A DNA stretch of 64,000 nt. Origin: Dehalococcoidia bacterium (GTDB lineage: Bacteria > Chloroflexota > Dehalococcoidia > UBA2979). The notes beneath the pieces were generated by a model. It made no database searches, had not been told where the DNA came from, and saw only the letters and a program-made list of their open reading frames with translations. The position numbers and the translations under genes were made by a program. Location: positions 78,005 to 142,004 of the forward strand of contig CBDHDI010000019.1 of the NCBI GenBank assembly GCA_965261685.1, given 5' to 3'. This document shows positions 61,701-64,000 of this stretch, in pieces; position 1 is the first letter of the stretch, and each line of letters opens with the position of its first letter.

Positions 61701-64000
61701 GTCTTCGATCTGTCGGTCGCATGGAAGGTGACGCTGGCCGGCACGCCCGAGTAGTCGCCGAGGGACGCGCCGTTCCGGGTCTGGGTGATCGGGATCTCCA
61801 CCGTGCGTTCGGGGTCGGCGTCCAGCTCGACCGTGACGGTGACCGTGCCGCCCTCGTCCACCTCGTAGCTCGACTGCGCGAAGCTGACCCGGACAATGGG
61901 GTCGTCGTCGTCGATGATCGCCACCGTCGTCGCGCTCGGCGTCCCCGCCGAGACCCGCGCGTCCGGCATCGAACCGAAGCCCAGCTCCACGCTCTCGTCG
62001 TCGTCGTCCAGCGTGTCCTGTGTGGCGGCGAAGCTGAATGTCTTCGATGTCTCGGTCGCATTGAAGGTGATACTTGACGGCACGCCCGAGTAGTCGCCGC
62101 CGGTTGCGCCGCCCTGGTTGTCCACGCTGATCGGGATCTCCACCGTGCGTTCGGGGTCGGCGTCCAGCTCGACCGTGACCGTGACCGTGCCGCCCTCGTC
62201 GACCCTGTAGCTCGACTCCCCGAAACTGACCGTCACCTCAGGGTCGTCGTCGTCGATGATCGCCACCGTCGTCGCGCTCGGCGTTCCGCCGGAGACCCGT
62301 TCGGGCAGCGCGCCGAAGCTCAGCTCCACGCTCTCGGCGTCGTCGTCCTCCGTGTCCTGTGTGGCGGCGAAGTTGATCGTCTTCGACGTCTGGCCCGCAT
62401 TGAAGGTGATGCTGGCCGGCACGCCCGAGTAGTCGCCACCGCTCGCGCCGTTCCGGGTCTGGGTGATCGGGATCACCACCGTGCGTTCGGGCTCGATGTC
62501 CAGCTCGACCGTGACGGTGACCGTGCCGCCCTCCGCCACGCTGTAGCTCGACTGCGCGAAACTGACCGTCACCTCAGGGTCGTCGTCGTCGATGATCGCC
62601 ACCGTCGTCGCGCTCGGCGTTCCGCCGGAGACCCGTTCGGACAGCGCGCCGAAGCTCAGCTCCACGCTCTCGTCGTCGTCGTCCAGCGTGTCGTGCGTGG
62701 CGCTGAAGGTGATGTCCTGCGACATCTCGCCCGCCATGAAGGTGACGCTGGCCGGCACGCCCGAGTAGTCGCCACCGCTCGCGCCGTTCCGGGTCTCGCT
62801 GATCGGGATCACCACCGTGCGTTCGGGGTCGGCGTCCAGCTCAACCGTGACGGGGACCGTGCCGCCCTCGTCCACCTCGTAGCTCGACTTCGCGAAGCTG
62901 ACGCGGACAATGGGGTCGTCGTCGTCGATGATCGCCACCGTCGTCGCGCTCGGCGTCCCCGCCGAGACCCGCGCGTCCGGCATCGAACCGAAGCCCAGCT
63001 GCACGCTCTCGTCGTCGTCGTCCAGCGTGTCCTGTGTGGCAGCGAAGTTGATCGTCTTCGACGTCTGGCCCGCATTGAAGGTGATGCTGGCCGGCACGCC
63101 CGAGTAGTCGCCACCGCTCGCGCCGTTCCGGGTCTGGGTGATCGGGATCACCACCGTGCGTTCGGGGTCGGCGTCCAGCTCGACCGTGACCGTGACCGCG
63201 CCGCCCTCGTCGACGCTGTAGCTCGACTGCGCGAAGCTGACCCGGACAATGGGGTCGTCGTCGTCGATGATCGCCACCGTCGTCGCGCTCGGCGTCCCCG
63301 CCGAGACCCGCGCGTCCGGCATCGAACCGAAGCCCAGCTGCACGCTCTCGTCGTCGTCGTCCAGCGTGTCCTGTGTGGCAGCGAAGTTGATCGTCTTCGA
63401 CGTCTGGCCCGCATTGAAGGTGATGCTGGCCGGCACGCCCGAGTAGTCGCCACCGCTCGCGCCGTTCCGGGTCTGGGTGATCGGGATCACCACCGTGCGT
63501 TCGGGGTCGGCGTCCAGCTCGACCGTGACCGTGACCGCGCCGCCCTCGTCGACGCTGTAGCTCGACTGCGCGAAGCTGACCCGGACAATGGGGTCGTCGT
63601 CGTCGATGATCGCCACCGTCGTCGCGCTCGGCGTCCCCGCCGAGACCCGCGCGTCCGGCATCGAACCGAAGCCCAGCTGCACGCTTTCGTCGTCGTCGTC
63701 CAGCGTGTCCTGTGTGGCGGCGAAGTTGAATGTCTTCGATCTCTCGGTCGCATGGAAGGTGATGCTGGCCGGCACGCCCGAGTAGTCGCCGAGGGACGCG
63801 CCGTTCCGGGTCTGGGTGATCGGGATCACCACCGTGCGTTCGGGGTCGGCGTCCAGCTCGACCGTGACCGTGACCGCGCCGCCCTCGTCGACCTCGTAGC
63901 TCGACTCCCCGAAGCTGACCCGAACCTCGGGGTCGTCGTCGTCGATGATCGCCACCGTCGTCGCGCTCGGCGTCCCCTCGAAGACCCGATCGACGTTCTG
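52712..64000 (-). CDS. Giant Calx-beta repeat protein (5'-partial; >3,747 aa in window) with C-terminal beta-propeller-like repeats, a cadherin-like module and two Cys-containing terminal repeats
   Basis: More than 30 tandem ~113-aa repeats of the form VSFAQSSYSVAEGGTVTVTVELDAEPERTVVIPIT...GASGGDYSGVPASITFNAG.TSKTI.FAATQDT.DDDDESV.L.F (Calx-beta signature). The frame is open to the window edge (no start). The C-terminal part (52712..~54400) has a G13 linker, YAYDLESGE...PRGIWSD blade-like repeats and two ~90-aa C..C repeats. Confidence 0.85.
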   Translation of the reverse strand, partial: QNVDRVFEGTPSATTVAIIDDDDPEVRVSFGESSYEVDEGGAVTVTVELDADPERTVVIPITQTRNGASLGDYSGVPASITFHATERSKTFNFAATQDTLDDDDESVQLGFGSMPDARVSAGTPSATTVAIIDDDDPIVRVSFAQSSYSVDEGGAVTVTVELDADPERTVVIPITQTRNGASGGDYSGVPASITFNAGQTSKTINFAATQDTLDDDDESVQLGFGSMPDARVSAGTPSATTVAIIDDDDPIVRVSFAQSSYSVDEGGAVTVTVELDADPERTVVIPITQTRNGASGGDYSGVPASITFNAGQTSKTINFAATQDTLDDDDESVQLGFGSMPDARVSAGTPSATTVAIIDDDDPIVRVSFAKSSYEVDEGGTVPVTVELDADPERTVVIPISETRNGASGGDYSGVPASVTFMAGEMSQDITFSATHDTLDDDDESVELSFGALSERVSGGTPSATTVAIIDDDDPEVTVSFAQSSYSVAEGGTVTVTVELDIEPERTVVIPITQTRNGASGGDYSGVPASITFNAGQTSKTINFAATQDTEDDDAESVELSFGALPERVSGGTPSATTVAIIDDDDPEVTVSFGESSYRVDEGGTVTVTVELDADPERTVEIPISVDNQGGATGGDYSGVPSSITFNATETSKTFSFAATQDTLDDDDESVELGFGSMPDARVSAGTPSATTVAIIDDDDPIVRVSFAQSSYEVDEGGTVTVTVELDADPERTVEIPITQTRNGASLGDYSGVPASVTFHATDRSKTFNFAATQDTLDDDDESVELSFGSMPDARVSAGTPSATTVAIIDDDDPEVTVSFGESSYRVDEGGTVAVTVELDADPERTVEIPISVDNQGGATGGDYSGVPASITFNAGQTSKTINFAATQDTEDDDDESVELSFGALPERVSGGTPSATTVAIIDDDDPEVTVSFGESSYRVDEGGAVTVMVELDADPERTVVIPITQTRNGASGGDYSGVPASITFNAGQTSKTIHFAATQDTVDDDDESVRLSFDLQEVDRVVEGTPSATTVAIIDDDDPIVRVSFAQSSYEVDEGGTVTVTVELDVEPERTVVIPITQTRNGASLGDYSGVPASVTFHATDRSKTFNFAATQDTLDDDDESVELSFGSMPDARVSAGTPSATTVAIIDDDDPEVTVSFGESSYRVDEGGTVTVTVELDADPERTVVIPISVDNQGGASGGDYSGVPASITFNAGQTSKTINFAATQDTEDDDAESVELSFGALPERVSGGTPSATTVAIIDDDDPEVTVSFGESSYRVDEGGAVTVMVELDADPERTVVIPISVDNQGGATGGDYSGVPASVSFNATERSKTFNFAATQDTVDDDDESVELSFGALPERVSGGTPSATTVAIIDDDDPEVTVSFGESSYRVDEGGAVTVTLELDVEPERTVVIPITQTRNGASGGDYSGVPSSVSFNATETRKTFNFAATQDTLDDDDESVQLGFGSMPDARVSAGTQSTTTVAIIDDDDPEVTVSFALSSYEVDEGGTVTVTVELDADPERTVEIPITRTRNGATGSDYSGVPASITFNATETRKTFSFAATQDRLDDDDESVRLSFGAPPDRVSGGTPSATTVAIIDDDMRGVTVTPTSLRIDEGSEDTYRVVLDSEPLGGNVTVTVVAPDNLDLSVNQTSLTFRSADWDTPQEVRVSAGQDIDDIDDQDTITHTVSGADYASETANSVSVKVIDDEDPQVRVSYDLPSYTVREGSEISITVTLSKDPERTVVIPISRTQDGASGADYTVVPTSVTFNATETSKTINFAATQDTLDDDDESVRLSFGSPLPLGVATGATPETTVAIIDDDDPEVRVSFALSSYRVDEGGAVTVTLELDVEPERTVVIPITQTRNGASGGDYSGVPSSVSFNATETRKTFNFAATQDTLDDDDESVQLGFGSMPDARVSAGTQSTTTVAIIDDDDPEVTVSFALSSYEVDEGGTVTVTVELDADPERTVEIPITRTRNGASGGDYSGVPASITFHATDRSKTFNFAATQDTLDDDDESVELSFGALPERVSGGTPSATTVAIIDDDDPEVTVSFGESSYRVDEGGTVTVTVELDADPERTVEIPISVDNQGGATGGDYSGVPASVSFNATERSKTFSFAATQDTVDDDDESVRLSFDLQNVDRVFGGTPSATTVAIIDNDDPEVRVSFAQSSYSVAEGGTVTVTVELDVEPERTVEIPISVDNQGGATGGDYSGVPASVSFNATERSKTFSFAATQDTLDDDDESVRLSFDLQNVDRVFEGTPSATTVAIIDDDDPEVRVSFALSSYRVGEGSSVTVTVELDAEPERTVVIPITRTENGATGSDYSGVPASVTFNATETRKTFSFAATQDSLDDDDESVTLSFDLQEVERVVAGTQRTTEVAIADGDVPEVTVSFAQSSYSVAEGGTVTVTVELDAEPERTVVIPITQTPQKDGFSGDYSVVPASITFNATEMSKTITFMVEDDTLDDDGERVTLGFDLRNVDRVFAGSTPTTTVAIDDDDDPEVSVRFVKSRYSVVEGGDVTVTVELSDDPERTVVIPITGTPNGASSGDYSVVPASITFNAAEETSKTITFSAIDDTVDDDDESVELGFGPLPDDRVLEGTPSATEVEIIDDDDPEVTVSFAQSSYSVAEGGTVTVTVELDAEPERTVEIPITRTENGATGSDYSGVPASVTFNATETRKTFSFAATQDSLDDDGESVTLSFDLEEVERVVAGTPRTTEVAIADGDVPEVTVSFAQSSYSVAEGGTVTVTVELDAEPERTVVIPITQTPQKDGFSGDYSVVPASVTFNATEMSKTISFMAEDDTLDDDGERVTLGFDLRNVDRVLAGSTPTTTVAIDDDDDPEVRVSFVKSRYSVAEGGDVTVTVELDAEPERTVEIPITRTENGATGSDYSVVPASVTFNATEMSKTITFSAIDDTVDDDDESVELGFGPLPDRVSARGTTTAIVSIEDNDGRGVTVSESELSIAEGGSATYTIVLDSAPTGEVLVTVEGPAGSDFRVDPQSLSFTAGNWSAARTVTVSVAQDDDSTDDMGTITHTVSGADYTGVSARSITVSSVDDEEPQVVVSFERAEYLVSEGDSVTINVTLDRDPERSVTVRIDTEHYEGASDDDYSPLPDQVTFASGETEQSFGFGALDDDEADSGERVLLSLDAMPRGVSTGAIHEAMITITEQDSSPGTGGGGGGGGGGGGSSGPTPSDVDFEWNVKHDIEALDRGHDEATGMWSDGTTLWLAHNGDGADDAVYAYDLESGERVEDLEFELDDANRAPRGVWSNRSTVWISDSGQDKLFAHDLGSGERLPDSDLQLHPDNDDARGIWSDRSAMWVLDGRDDALFAYDLESGELLAEYALHDDNDTPHGIWSDGVSVWVSDHGAKRLFAYRLPVPEAQEDTSAEADDAQEDTSAEADDAQEDASAQQDDAGDAEAEEALELERVTDEEFTLLSRASNNSPRGIWSDGDVMYVADQSDARVYTYNMPDAIDARLASLTLSGVDIGEFDPGAIDYQGVIAEGVTETTVEAAAMQRRTNVEIHPLDANGDDTDGYQVELEGIDAITVTVTSADGSRTRVYRVRSSTTCLRGDIAEGFSFVVYEGGPVEELVACAESRDVVALYALHEGVYIPYILGAPDFVNAGFTELYADGVPALTPLIAGSNGPPSEDPMGDTGMPQPWPECLRGEIAEGFSLVLYEGGSVDDLAACAQDRGVTAVYTLAGGEWISYILGAPEFVNRSFAELFPDGLPAVTPLVAKDPVPAADGSQTGAASR
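54700..64000 (-). repeat. Tandem 339-bp coding repeats (Calx-beta units), many copies >90% identical at DNA level
   Basis: Near-identical antisense ORFs recur at a 339-bp spacing (e.g. 62910, 63249, 63588). This array carries assembly-collapse and recombination risk. Confidence 0.8.

Noticed and set aside
58940-62077. 1045-aa plus-strand ORF plus many ~65-100-aa ORFs opposite the Calx-beta repeats
   Set aside because: They are antisense to the tandem Calx-beta coding repeats. Their periodic recurrence simply mirrors the 339-bp repeat, and their Arg/Val/Asp-rich composition is not protein-like.
1-64000. CRISPR arrays or rRNA genes
   Set aside because: No short direct repeats with regular unique spacers and no rRNA-like conserved stretches were seen. 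The only tandem repeats are the 339-bp protein-coding Calx-beta units.

Overview
The window is very GC-rich DNA, consistent with an actinobacterial-type chromosome or megaplasmid. Three blocks are visible. (1) Positions ~1-28,900 form a defence island heavily colonised by insertion sequences. It holds two convergent giant P-loop NTPases that each carry a PD-(D/E)xK-like nuclease motif: an Avs-like STAND protein (476..4432, +) and a COG1373 AAA ATPase + NACHT-like NTPase pair on the minus strand (4796..10206). Next comes an MNT/HEPN toxin-antitoxin pair. A DSR-like SIR2 gene follows; it is split by an IS21-family element with a clean 5-bp target-site duplication (TSD) and truncated at its 3' end by an IS1380-family element. 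A type I R-M remnant (intact hsdM, hsdS cut off by a second IS1380 copy) and an AlbA_2/Schlafen-like protein complete the block. The island also contains an IS256-family element (8-bp TSD) just upstream of the AAA/NACHT operon, and two identical tandem IS1380 copies with an IS5-family element inserted exactly at their junction. (2) Positions ~28,900-51,900 look like the backbone of a conjugative plasmid or ICE. The replication/recombination module on the minus strand runs SNF2 helicase, DNA methyltransferase, RadC, SSB, Rad52-type single-strand annealing protein (SSAP), DnaG-like primase. It is followed by an HTH regulator and a plus-strand type IV secretion module: VirB6/TrbL-like, pilin-like, VirB4, VirD4-type coupling protein, Replic_Relax protein, RusA. 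(3) Positions 52,712 to the window end encode the C-terminal >3,700 aa of a giant minus-strand protein. It has about 30 tandem Calx-beta repeats (339-bp period), a 13-glycine linker, beta-propeller-like repeats and two C-terminal Cys-containing repeats. No rRNA, CRISPR array or convincing tRNA was found. Most short ORFs in the six-frame track are antisense artefacts of the GC-rich sequence.
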